From positions 3,362,609 through 3,426,608 of the forward strand of contig NW_003526943.1 of the NCBI RefSeq assembly GCF_000181795.1: DNA of 64,000 nt, in the 5' to 3' direction. Below are positions 1 through 11,903 of this stretch, one piece after another (position 1 is the first letter of the stretch; the number at the start of each line of letters is the position of its first letter). The notes under the pieces were generated by a model. That model saw only the letters and a list, made by a program, of their open reading frames with translations, was not told where the DNA came from and made no database searches. The position numbers and the translations under genes were made by a program. This stretch comes from Trichinella spiralis. Taxonomy: Eukaryota.

Positions 1-1897
1 CTTTTTCCATTCCGCGGTAGAAGTCGTCTGCGGTTTCTGTCAGAAGCAGCACACGCTTGCGGAGTGCGCGAGATTGAGACAGGCGAGTCGCCAGAAGCAG
101 CGGGAGATAGCAACCCGCTATCGGCTTTTTCTGCTTCAAACCAGGGCACTTCTCCTCGGCCTGCAAGAGTAATCGTCGCAGGAAGAGTCCGTCTCCGAGG
201 GACAACAATTCGGTTGTGCCTATCGATGCCGCGACTTCAGAGAGAGTGCAGGAGATCCCCATGGCTGAGTACAAGTCATTCGCCGTTTTGGTGATGCACG
301 CCAACCTGACTTCAGAGAAGCTGCGAAAGATCAACCGTTTTCAGAGGATTAAGACAATGGCCTACAGTGCTGTGGGTCCTGGAATGACCGTGACGTACCT
401 GTTGGACACAGGGGCAGAATACTCGTTCGTCAGGGAAGATGCTGCGTCAACACTGGGCGTGTTCAGAGAAATGCAGCTAGTGATGGTTGAAGGGTTCGGT
501 GGTGCAACCCACGAGCATCCCAGTTCCCAGGTGGTGCAATTTTGGCTGTCTGACTTGACGGCAGCCAGAGTACAGAGCGCTATCCTCTGGAGGCGCTGAC
601 CGTGCTGAGTCTCTGCTATCGAATTCCGGATTCGAAGATCCCGACGAGCGAGTGGGAGCACTTGCAATTCTTGGATCTGATCCTCGATGACGAATAGTCT
701 GACGAAGTACACGTCGTGATTGGCATCGACTATTACTATCGATTCTTAGGAGACGCGATCCGAAGAGGAAGGCCAGGTGATCCGGTTGCCGTGGAAACTG
801 TTCTGGGGTGGATTATCTGCGGTCCAGTGAATCCTCACCCAGCGCCCAAGACAGTTGCTGCATTCAGCGCTGTGGTGGAGCCGAAAGTCGAAGACTTGCT
901 CCGAAGCTTCTGGGAGATTGAAGGGATGGGCGTCCCTTTCAGAAGCGAGTCACATGAAGTCGAATTGCAGTGGCGAGTTTGGAAGTTAGAGCTTAACGAG
1001 TTGCACTGCATCGCTATGTCCAGGGCGTATTTCCCGTTCTTACCGGCAGAAGCGAGCCGTTTAGAGCTCCATGGGTTTGGTGACGCCTCTGAAGCGGCGT
1101 ACGCTGCAGTGGTGTACTTGAGGGCGGTGAAAACCCCAGATGACGTCCAGGTGAGTATCGTGATACCGAAATCCAGAGTGGCGCCGCTGAAGAAGTTGAG
1201 CACTCCTCGGCTAGAGCTGATGGCTGCTCTTCCTTGTGCCTGACTGGTCTGTTACGTGAGAAAAGAGCTGGCATTGGACGTGGAAGCATGTCATTGTTGG
1301 AGTGACAACAAGGTGACGGTCTCACCGCCGCAGGATGTGGCCAATGTCATCAATCCGAGTAGGTATTCCAGTTCTGAGAGGTTGATCCGAGTGACCGCAT
1401 GGTGCCGACGTTTTCGGCATAGTACGACCCTGCCTGCAAGCTCAAGAAAAACAGGAACTGGGTTGACGTTGGACGAGTTGAAGGAAGCTGAGAGAATTTG
1501 GATCCGGCAAGAGCAGATCCACGCCTTCAGCTCGAGAGAGTTGCTGGATAAAGCGATGACGAAGATGTTGTGCGGTCTCAACCCTTTTCTGGATGAGTTC
1601 GGAGTCTTGAGAGTAGGTGGACGTCTTGGCAGAGCTCAGTTGGAAGAGGAAACCAAATTCCCAGCTCTGCTCCCTCGAAAAGGGATGATCGTGGATTTGC
1701 TAATCAGACGGGAGCACAATCGACAGTTACATGCCGGTGTGGCTCTTGGAAAACGCTGGGCCTCTTGGAACCCGCAGGCGGATGAGCGCCTCATTGACGA
1801 GCTGACCTACGACCAGCGGTTCGAGTTGAGATCGTGACTGCTGCAGTGAGCGGTGCCGTCGTCGCACGCGGTTATCCGGCGGATTGCCATATACCGA
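1..1897 (+). mobile_element. Degenerate, internally deleted BEL/Pao LTR retrotransposon fragment (gag Zn-knuckle, aspartic protease, RNase H, start of integrase region); truncated by the window start
   Basis: Markedly GC-richer than the rest of the window, with a sharp drop at ~1897. Motifs: CGFCQKQHTLAEC knuckle (29-67), a second frameshifted knuckle (..FKPGHFSSAC), LLDTGAEYSF protease motif, IGIDYY..TVLGWIICG..FWEIE, ELHGFGDASEAAYAAVVYLR..KSRVAPLKKLSTPRLEL (Pao RNase H), LNPFLDEFGVLRVGGRL..HAG. Stops and frameshifts separate the ORFs. Confidence 0.92.
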
Positions 1898-3131
1898 TAT
1901 ATATTTTTTTCATTCTCAATCTAATTCTAAAGTTTATAAAATGTATTTCACACTAAATAGCTGAGGTTGAAATATGTTGTTGATGGATCTTCAGATTAAC
2001 TGTGAATCTATAATTTGGACTAATAGTAAAGTTTTATAAGAACATCTATGATTCTAATTCTTCTTAGAAATTTTTAATCTGGTTTTAAAGAGGCTAAATG
2101 CTTTTATTGCTTAGTACTAATCTGATGGCCCTATAAATAAGCAAGCATAACTTTTGATGATTTAAAATTAAGTAAAGTAAGTGCAAATCAAAATTATGCA
2201 GTGTGAAAGTTATAAAGTATAAATTTAGTAGTTTATCTTAATTTACTGACACTTTGTAAATTCTTGTCATTTTGATCACATTTGTTTTTAATTTTTAGTG
2301 CTACTCTTTTTATTAACTATGCTTTAAAAGATGTTCACTCTCCTCCTTTAAGCATTACTTTAGCAGAGCTTTACTGATGGGTTGAAAAGTTTATATTCAA
2401 AACTGCGCTTGACATGTTAGTCGCATTCTTTACTTTGTGATGGTTTGATTTCAAATAATTTTTTAATTAAAAAGCTCTTTTTAATTCATAAAATTTTTTT
2501 CTTCACTTATCTAACAGAAAAAGTAATATGAAATGTTTTTAAATAACTTTGAATTGAAAATGACGACATTTTATTTAAATATAAGAATTATATTTTCTTC
2601 TTTACATTGTCTTCGGTCAGTAAGCATTTGAAGAAATTAATTATTTAAGAGTTGTAACAATTATATTTGGTTCATGCTGACAGTTCATACATGTTCCTGA
2701 AAATTATTTTTTATTTGTAATAGTGTGGGCGTTAATATCAGAAGCTTATGGTTATCATTGCTGATGATATGTAACAGTGGTTTTCAAGATATACTGTGAG
2801 CTTGACTGTAATTGGCTAAGTTACATACCATGAATAAGTCAAATTGTTTTTGATTTCTCAGCACAGTACCAATGGACCCTGATCAATCACAAATTAGAGA
2901 CATTTGTTGGCATAATGTTAGACTGACAATAATTTCATCAGAATTTTGTTGTGTTTTAACTGATATCACGTAGTGGTGAAAACAGATATTCCTAAAATTC
3001 TTCTAAATGCTCCGTGTAGATGCCTAGGATGTAAGTTGATTCATTTGTAAAAGATTAGGGAGCAAGGAATCTTTTCCCTTTCACATTTCAAGAAGATTCG
3101 TTTTAATATCACATGCTTTCTTTCTTTGGCG

Positions 3132-3677
3132 GTCAATGTTTGACAGGTTCATAAATTCAGGCATTGTGTTGGTAGCAGAAATGAATTTGCTGTAAAAGCT
3201 CATTTTAGAACAGTGGTTTCCAAAGTTGAACTGGCCATGGACTCCCTCGGTTGTCCTCATGTTGCCGTGGACCCCTTGCAGTTCATTTGATGTGTAGGGA
3301 AAAGCAAGGAGTACGGTAAGGGGACTTGAAACCAGAGTAGTTGTTGTATTGCATATAATGAACTGAATGTGTAAATGAAGCATTGACATGGCATGGCATG
3401 TCATGTTATGTCATACAGTTCTTAGCAATTTTAATTGAAATTAAATAAAATGAAGGAGTGGACATCTGAAAATGTTTTCGTGGACCCCCAGCAATGCCTT
3501 TATGGACTCCACGTTGGTAACCACTGTTTTAGAATTACTATCAAGTTAAGATTATAAAATATATAACACGTAATGAATATATACATAATCACATTACGTT
3601 TTACTTGTTCCCTACACCTGCTGGAACCAGCCAACTTAGATCAACACTGATGAAAAACTTTTTAGAGCAGTAGCACA
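3132..3677. repeat. Copy A of a ~220-bp local direct duplication (interrupted by a hAT MITE)
   Basis: AGGTTCATAAATTCAGGCATTGT..GAAATGAATTTGCTGTAA..TTTTAGAA and CAAGTTAAGATTATAAAATATATAAC..CCCTACACCTG..CAGTAGCACA recur at 5810-6329. Confidence 0.9.
3211..3526. mobile_element. Non-autonomous hAT-type MITE, 316 bp
   Basis: Left TIR CAGTGGTTTCCAAAGT; right end reverse-complements to CAGTGGTTACCAACGT. Perfect 8-bp TSD TTTTAGAA (3203-3210, 3527-3534). Subterminal TGGACYCC repeats at 3238, 3268, 3481, 3503. Empty site present in the duplicate copy at ~5881. Confidence 0.92.
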
Positions 3678-5809
3678 TTTTGCGTCTGAACTATTCTAAT
3701 GACATTCAGTCTTTCATGTGGTGATTGGTTGAGTGAGAACGATGTTGTGTACGTCATTTATTGTTGCGCTGTTTACGATTTGTGTTATATATGTGTGCAT
3801 ATAATTGTGGTCCACATTTTCTTCACTGCTGTGTTTATTCATCTTTGTTTTAATCACTGAAGCAATCATGATCTCTCTATGTATCCAAACGTATACATTT
3901 ATTTCCATTTGTCCTTCCAAGCAAATAATTTGTTATAACCTTTTACCTTTGGAGATAATTTTTTTCATAAAAGCGCACTGCATTATTAAATTTACTAATA
4001 CGAAACTGCATAATTTTTAATTATTCTTAGATAACTGTGCAGACCACCTTGCTCAAAATTCAATACATTTAATTTCTCATGAATTAAGGTTGTTGCTATG
4101 TAATGTGTATAAAATACGTAAACGTTTATAACTTAACGTAATATATTAAATGCAGTTCTTCAAAGTGTAATTCTCTTATTAAAAGTAAGTTGTTTTACTT
4201 TTTGCGATGAATTACCATCTTTTCCAAAAATTAATTTTTCTCCTAAGACATGATGAAATTCTCTATGAATTGTACAGTAATTTGTTATGACTAATGGATA
4301 GCGATTACCAGTTACTCTTATGTTAAAGCTGATAAAATTCATAGATGTTTATAATATCAGATTCATATAATCCATAACTAATAGCTGAAATATTTTAAGA
4401 TGGAAGATGGAGAATTTTTCTTGAGGCCGTTTCACTGCCTAAGCTTACATTGCGTACCTCATTTATATTATTTCTCATTTTATACATCAGAGTGATTGTT
4501 GAACAACGCTAGCGTGTGTTTTTCATCAAAATAATTGAATCACGAGCTCATTATGCATTGTCTATTTTAATACTTTGAAACTTCAGTTTCAAGATAATAT
4601 TTCTTTAGATATTTTGAGGTATTTTTAATTAGTTTATGATTTTGATTATCCTTAATACTGCTAATAAAGCGCCCTCTGTAGGAAAGCCTTTCTCGTGTGC
4701 AATCATATTATTTCAGATCATAACACGTACCTTTCAGCAGCGTTCATTGACCTGTTCTGATTTACTGTCATTGCTTTACTCTTTCAATAATATTCATTTC
4801 TTTTATAGTAAATACCAATGAATATTTTAAGCAGAGTATTTTGAATACATTTTTTTCTTTAGTGTAAAAATTTTAATTGCTTATTCTCATTACATATAAC
4901 ATCTGTTTTGTCTGCTTATGAAGTATAGTTATGAAATGCTTTGCTGCTGTAGTCTTTCTGTAAGCCACTTTTTTCAAAATCTTTGATTTTTTGCATTACC
5001 TCTGATGAAACCAAACTCCTATAATAAATGAAATTAAAAATAGATATCAGTCATTGCAAATAAGAATGAGAAGTATAAAATGTTGCACTGAGCAGTGCAT
5101 TTTTCAATTTTTACAAAGTAGTAGAATTTTAGCACAAAATAAGATCTGAAATATGTAGAAATGTCATTACATTAAAAGTTTTGCTACTTTACCATACTGA
5201 ATTATTTTATTCTATCGATTAACAGACTGTTTTTTGTCAAAAGACTATTTTGAGTGTTTGAATTAGTTGCTCTTTTAGTAATAAACTTATTTTTTAGCAA
5301 TAAAGCCCGTATTTTAAATTTAGCTTTATTTTTTGAAAAGATCGGTATTTTAATATTACAGTAATCTGATGGTTGTTCAGTACTGATGCAAAATTCTTTC
5401 TTGAAATAAATTTAATTAAATTAATAAATAAAATAAATAATTAAAAAACTTTAAAGATAGCAAAGGTTTGATATATAACAGCTTTTGAATAAAGCCTCTT
5501 AGAGATTATACTATTACTAAAAGTTTACACTCACATAAGTGAACAGCTGTATCGGCAAGATTCATATGCTTCACTGCATATTAGACGTGTTGACTGTATT
5601 TCACTTTCCTCATAGCATGCACGCTCTTCTTGGCATTTGCTGTAGGCACAGTAAGCATATGTTGATTCTAAAACCTGTCAACGTATTTTATTTTAGGAAT
5701 ATTTTGTAATAATTATAGTTATTAAATTATTATTAAAATTATAGTGCATAATTTTAATGGTAAAAGTAATGAGTGCATAAGTTCATAAATGCATAAATTA
5801 TCTTTGACT

Positions 5810-6329
5810 GTGAATGTTTAAGAGGTTCATAAATTCAGGCATTGTCTTGGTAGCAGAAATGAATTTGCTGTAATAGCTTATTTTAGAATGAATTACTTTC
5901 AAGTTAAGATTATAAAATATATAACATGTAATGAATATATACATAATCACATTATGTTCCACTTATTCCCTACACCTGATGGAACCAGGCAACCTGGATC
6001 AGGTTTGGTACTACTCGGTCCCGCTTTTCTCTCATTGGTCATTACCCACGCTATTTTATTGGACCGTCAAATCTTAATCACAACTGAAGAGTTTGAATCA
6101 ATGAGCAATTAGACAAAAAAAACCAATGCGACAGACTTCACGGAGCAATTAGACAAGGAAAACCAATACGACAAAGACTTCACGGCCAAATAAAATGAAA
6201 ACCAATACGACAAAGATTTGACGGTCTAATAAAATAGCGTGGGCAAAGACCAATGAGAGAAAAGCGGGACCGAGTAAAACCACCCCCCTGGATCAACGCT
6301 GGTGAGGAATTGTGTAGAACAGTAGCACA
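5810..6329. repeat. Copy B of the local duplication (interrupted by a long-TIR MITE)
   Basis: Aligns by eye with 3132-3210 plus 3527-3677. Confidence 0.9.
6002..6286. mobile_element. Non-autonomous long-TIR element (Mutator/MULE- or Merlin-like MITE), 285 bp
   Basis: ~75-bp near-perfect TIRs (..TACTCGGTCCCGCTTTTCTCTCATTGGTC..CCCACGCTATTTTATT.GACCGTCAAATCTT and its reverse complement) starting with GG. 9-bp TSD CCTGGATCA (5993-6001, 6287-6295). Three internal ~40-bp tandem units (AAACCAATRCGACA..GAYTTSACGG). Copy A has a single CTTAGATCA at the homologous site. Confidence 0.88.
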
Positions 6330-8827
6330 GTACAATCACTAGTAGCTTTTAAATATTTTTTTGTATTAGTTGAAATTTCTTACTGTAATTAATATTTTAA
6401 TTTGGCAATGTATTTTGATTTTTCATTTTGGTTTTTATTTCAGTATATTAGTAATTATTTACATTAGTGGAAATATTAAATTTTTAGTAGAGAGTAAAAA
6501 TTATTACAAATTGTCAGTCATGATAAAAATTATTACTGAACTTATTAAAAATATAACATAATTATTAGCACCAGTATAAACATAACAAAAAAGGCATCAA
6601 AATAATTTAGAAAGCAAAATTCTAAATAAGTAAAAGTAAAAAAATATTAATTTATTTTTTCAATTTTTATTAATAAACAATCTGCCTTCTCATATATTTG
6701 TAGCTGCTTTTGTTACTAACTGAGATAAAAATATTCTTGGTGTTAAGACATTGGCAGCTATGCTTAGCATACTTGAAATAATGAAATACATTATATATAT
6801 ATATAATTGTATTGTATATATATATACAATATTTTATATATATATACAATTGCATATATATAAAAAATGTGTATAAATAACTTTTTAAATATTTGTGAGA
6901 AGGTCGTCTTAATTACTATTTTGAATTAAACCGATAATTTACTGCTTAATTTATGAATATCTAAATTCTAGTGATTTTGAAATTTTTCATTTCAATTATT
7001 TGTAAATTGGCAATAACTTTTGGTATATACTGAAGAAAATTTTAGATTAGAGTACATCATCTCTTGACACCATCTTCACAATATTAATAAACAGGCATAG
7101 TTTAAGATAAAATTTTGTTTCTCATTTTTTACTGCAAAGAAGAAAAACGGCAGAAACTGAAAGAAAGCTTGGGTCAGTGTAATGAAATGGAATAAAAGAA
7201 ATATGAAGATGCATAAAACAAGCAATATCATTAAATAGCAAGCTTTTCTTACTTTATAGATCCATTGTTATTTTGCCATTTGCTTTTACTTTTATCATCA
7301 CTGTTTAAAATTTATATTCACATTGTTTAGAGATTAAAAGAGCATAAATTCAGTTTTAAACGAATCTGTGAATCTTTTTAAAGAGTGGAACTTACGGTAT
7401 CTTTTAAAACTGCCATTGTTACCTATAAAAATTGAAATCAGCCATTATATACAGAGCTATGTGTTTATCTAAATCTACATAACGTTGCATATTTCATAGT
7501 TTTTTCATAAAATTAAAAGCAAAACTTTTAAATGAGTGCAATTTGTAGTTAATAGCATTCAAAAATATTTGTTAATTTTTTTAGAAGCTGAAGTAAGTTA
7601 AATGAATTATTAATAAATGTCACAATCAACTAATGTGTTAATCATTATCAAAAACATATTAAAATTCCATAAAATCTAAAATTGCATCACTTTTTAAATG
7701 TAAAACATATGAAATATTTTCTTTGCTTACTTTATGCTGCAATCCAGTTAATAAAAATAATAGTATTGCTAACATCATTTCACAGTGATGAAACGATTCA
7801 AGATGTATGGACTGCTGAACTGATGCCTAATTGATTTATAGTATTTTAGAATAGTTTGCTTAATTTTGATTACAGTAGAAATAATTGCGGAAATGCATAT
7901 GAACATTTTAATTTTAAAAGATTTCTATTAGACGTTTTTGCTGTTTTTTGCAATTAATGAAATTCAAATGTTGTCTCAAAAAGCCATTGTATGATTGCAA
8001 ATGTTAATAGTGATCATTAATGATTTTACTTATTTACGAAGCAAGCAAAGTGAAATCAAACTGCGCCATTAATGGTGCTATTGATAAATGCAAAAAATCC
8101 AAAAAGCAGTTTAGTGAAATTTTTTCAAATTTCATAAAATTATTGAAATATATAAAGAAAATAGTAAATAATTAATAACTTTTTAGTCATAAAAAATTCA
8201 TTTAAGAATTAATTACTTAAATTTTTATGTTTCTGTATTGATGAAAATGTATGCGCACATTGAATGCAGAGGAAATTCCAGTATGATTTTTGTATCAGAA
8301 GTGAAAAATATTGTTTGAAATTTGCTTATTATATTAATAATAAATTTTCTAGTGAAATTCTTTTTTGATACAATAATAAGATACGAAATATTAAGCTTCA
8401 CGTTAGAACACTTAGAGTTCACCGGAATTTTAATTTGATGATAAACCATAATGATAAAAGTCTTTATTCAAAATTACTAAAGATTATTAACAAATTATTA
8501 AAGATGAGATTTATTGATGTTACAGCAACAGCTTTCTGAAAACTGCGGATTGCATGCTGCTGAATCTTCATAGAATCGTTGTCATTTTTGTAGAATAATA
8601 CTTGATTATTTGAGTACTGTAACAAATATTTTATCAGTAGGGCTTTCGTATTACATTCTGCTTAACGATATATTACTTAATTTATATTTACCATGGTGAA
8701 TATTTTTACCAAGTGATGAAATTTTGTCCATCATGTGTTTTATGCCACGAAGTCGATGACTCTTCCGGAAATAGTAGAAAAGTTTGATTTTCTTTTAATT
8801 GTTGCCACATTCAGTTGTTTTTTACAG

Positions 8828-11512
8828 CTGTTGAAGACTGTGGACGAAGACATTTGCCAGAAGAAGATCTTCAAGCGAAAGGTGTTGTAATTATTAAATT
8901 ATTTTATTTTTTTTAATTTTGTTTTAATAAGAAACGATTTAGAGATGATAAATGTTTGCCTTAAAAAATGATTATTTGTTTTCACTGTGAAATTGTGGAA
9001 AATTTGGTTTCATTTTCATTAAGTAATTGTATTTTAAGAAATTATTGAATACCATGGATATACAGCTGAAGAACACGACGTGACGACAGTTGATGGTTAC
9101 ATTATTCGCTTGCACAGAATTCCTGTATCCATTGAGAACGCAGGAAACGCTGCAGTGTTGCTTTTGCATGGTCTGGCTGCGAGTTCAACGAGTTTTATCA
9201 CGAATGAACCAAAGCAGTGTTTAGGTAAATTGTTCTGACGTGGTTGTTTTCATGCAATCATTTCTTTGAATTTATAAAATTTTTCTCATCAAGAATTGTA
9301 TAAATTTTGCTTAATATTAATTTGCTTTTAGCATTTTTACTGGCCGATCGTGGCTATGATGTTTGGCTTGGAAACGTGCGAGGCAATTTGTTTTGCCAGC
9401 AGCATCGAAGTCTCACTTCTGAAGACCCAAAGTTTTGGAGATTCAGGTTTGTTTAACTGATTGTCATTTTACTCAGGTTACGGTTTTCTATGTCTGTATT
9501 TCAGACATTGAGAAGAGTATTTTAATATCTGTAAAACAATTTATGATCAAAAAAAACTTTTGTTCAAGAAATGAAATTCTTTTCTTAGCAGCACATTACT
9601 GCTGCGTAATGAAAGAAACGATTTTATTGATACCCTAGTTGATGACTGGACACTGGCTGAAATTTGCTTTTGACAGATGTTTGAAATGAATTTGTCAGTT
9701 TTCATTCAAGCATGCTTCATCTCTTAAATGCAGGCACATATAAGAAAATGAACATTTTTAATTTATTATGTAAACTTTTGAGCATTTAATTCTCTCGTAT
9801 CAGCTGTAAATAGCATGCTTTTACTAGAAAACGATGGATAATTTACATTTTATTATTAGGCCTTTTAAGAATCTTTTTTATTTTGAAAGCCTTGTTATAT
9901 GACTTATTATTGTCAGTATTAGTATACCGAATGAGCATTTGTAGTTTTTGAAAAGAAATTTATAATTTTAGTTAAACATTCATAGAACTCACTTTTACAA
10001 CAGTTGTATTATTATCTGATAAAGATGTAATTTGAAGTTACGATTGATTATATAATAAACTTATTGTTATATACTCTTGATTATATATTGAAAATATGAT
10101 AAATGTTTGCTTTTCGATTTTTATAGCTGGGATGAAATGGCTGCTTATGATTTTCCAGCTACTGTTGATTATATATTGGAAAAGACCGAAAAAGAAACAC
10201 TGCGTTTTGTAGGCTATTCTCAGGGTGCTTTGATTGGTTTTGCCGCACTGTCACAGTTACCCGATCTACGCCAGAAGGTGAATTGAGAACTATCGATCTT
10301 TTTTAAATATTGTAGCTTGTAAATTTTTTCTTATTTTTGCTTAGATATGCTGCTTTGTTGCGCTCGCACCAGCCGTCACTTTGGCATATTTCAAAAGTCC
10401 CCTGCGGCATGTGAATCGTTGTGTACCATTGATGGAAGTGAGTCGTTGAAGGAGCATTTGAAAACCAAGCATTTCCATGCAAGCATGCTTTTTTTCAGAG
10501 ATTGTTTCGACGATGCGGTGAACCGCAGCACGGTGATGCGACGAAAATGTCAAAATACATGAAGCCATTTTTGAAAAATGATCCATTCGACCAGCTGAGT
10601 CAGAACATCATTTTTCGTATGATCGGCCCGGATAGCAGAAAATACATTGACAAAGTTTGCTTTCGTTTTTTTTATTTTTTTCACAGAATAAACTCAATTT
10701 TAATAATTACATATATAAAATGTTTATCAAAATATTTCTGTTCTTAAATTTAGATAAAAGCGAAACTCTATTTGTTTATTTGACATTTTCAGAAATCGTT
10801 GGATAGAGAGTGAATGACAACTGCATCTTCGAAACAATTGAGCAGCAGCATGTTGTTACATTATATTAGCTTAGTGACATGCTTTTGGCTTCTGAGATTA
10901 TTGATCAGCTATCAGACTAGAGAAATGAATTTATTGAAAATTAAATATGTGTTTGTGCACATAAATTATAATATTTTTAATAGAAAACTTTATTTCTTAT
11001 AAAGTTTTAAAATTTCAGAAAAATTCTAGATGAGATTTAAAGTGAAACTCATGCTTAGAAAAATAATATCTGAAATGCTTGTTAGAAATATTTGTTATTT
11101 TTAATTTTAATTCATGAAAATGAAAATTTATTAACAATTTTAGGATCGAATTCCTGTTTACCTTTCTCATAATCCCGCCGGTACGTCCTATCAAAATATG
11201 GTGCATTATTTGCAGATGATGAATTCAAAACAACTGCGTCATTTTGACTATGGTTTGGTGAAAAATTTTCTGAAATATGGTCAAGCCAGGCCTCCGATTT
11301 ATCCACTGGAAAATGTCGACGTGCCGTTGTATATCATCTGGAGTGAAAAAGACGTTTACGCAAATAAGAAAGATATCGAATTGTTATTTTCACGTGTTCG
11401 GCATGCCAAGGAACTGAAAATTACTGACTACAGCCATCTCGATTTTCTCTGGGCCAACAATGTTGGAGAGACAGTTTATTCAAGAGTAATTGAATTTTTG
11501 GAACAATTCTAA
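8828..11512 (+). CDS. Acid lipase (lysosomal/gastric lipase family, alpha/beta hydrolase); start exon uncertain, possibly from ATG ~8716
   Basis: Exons ~8828-8881, 9039-9225, 9332-9447, 10127-10278, 10345-10437, 10499-10654, 11144-11512 give EIIEYHGYTAEEHDVTTVDGYIIRLHRIP, LLLHGLAASS, AFLLADRGYDVWLGNVRGN, WDEMAAYDFPATVDYIL, GYSQG nucleophile elbow, ALAP, SEKD and YSHLDFLW. Confidence 0.93.
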
Positions 11513-11903
11513 TTTTATCCGACTTTGTAATTTATCCACCACATTCAATTAGCTTGCCAGTTATTGTTGTTTTTTTTGAAACTGATATCTCACTTTTCAG
11601 TTATTGTTGTTGCTGTTATTAGTTCACATGATCAGTATACTGGATATACTGGAAATAGTAATAAAATTTCATCCACTATTATTCTTTATCGACAAAATGT
11701 ACATTGCTTGCTATGTAAATTTTATAGCTGCTAAAATAGGCACTCGTAAAAAAATTCTTCAGAAAACTTGAAAAGCAATATTGATAATTTTAATAATGTG
11801 AGAAAAATAATTCTGCCAACTTCTTTGGAATTGGTGAAATTAATCAAAATGGTGTGCAATGATTGAGCTTGTCAACGGTGCGAATGTAAGTAAGTATGCA
11901 AAC

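Noticed and set aside
2775..2787. CAGTGGTTTTCAA resembling the hAT MITE terminus
   Set aside because: No matching opposite end or TSD found; too short to call.
6103..6225. Three ~40-bp repeats superficially like a CRISPR array
   Set aside because: No unique spacers, eukaryotic context, and they lie inside a TIR element.
6786..6862. Self-complementary (TA)n-rich stretch
   Set aside because: Low-complexity microsatellite; the palindromy is trivial.
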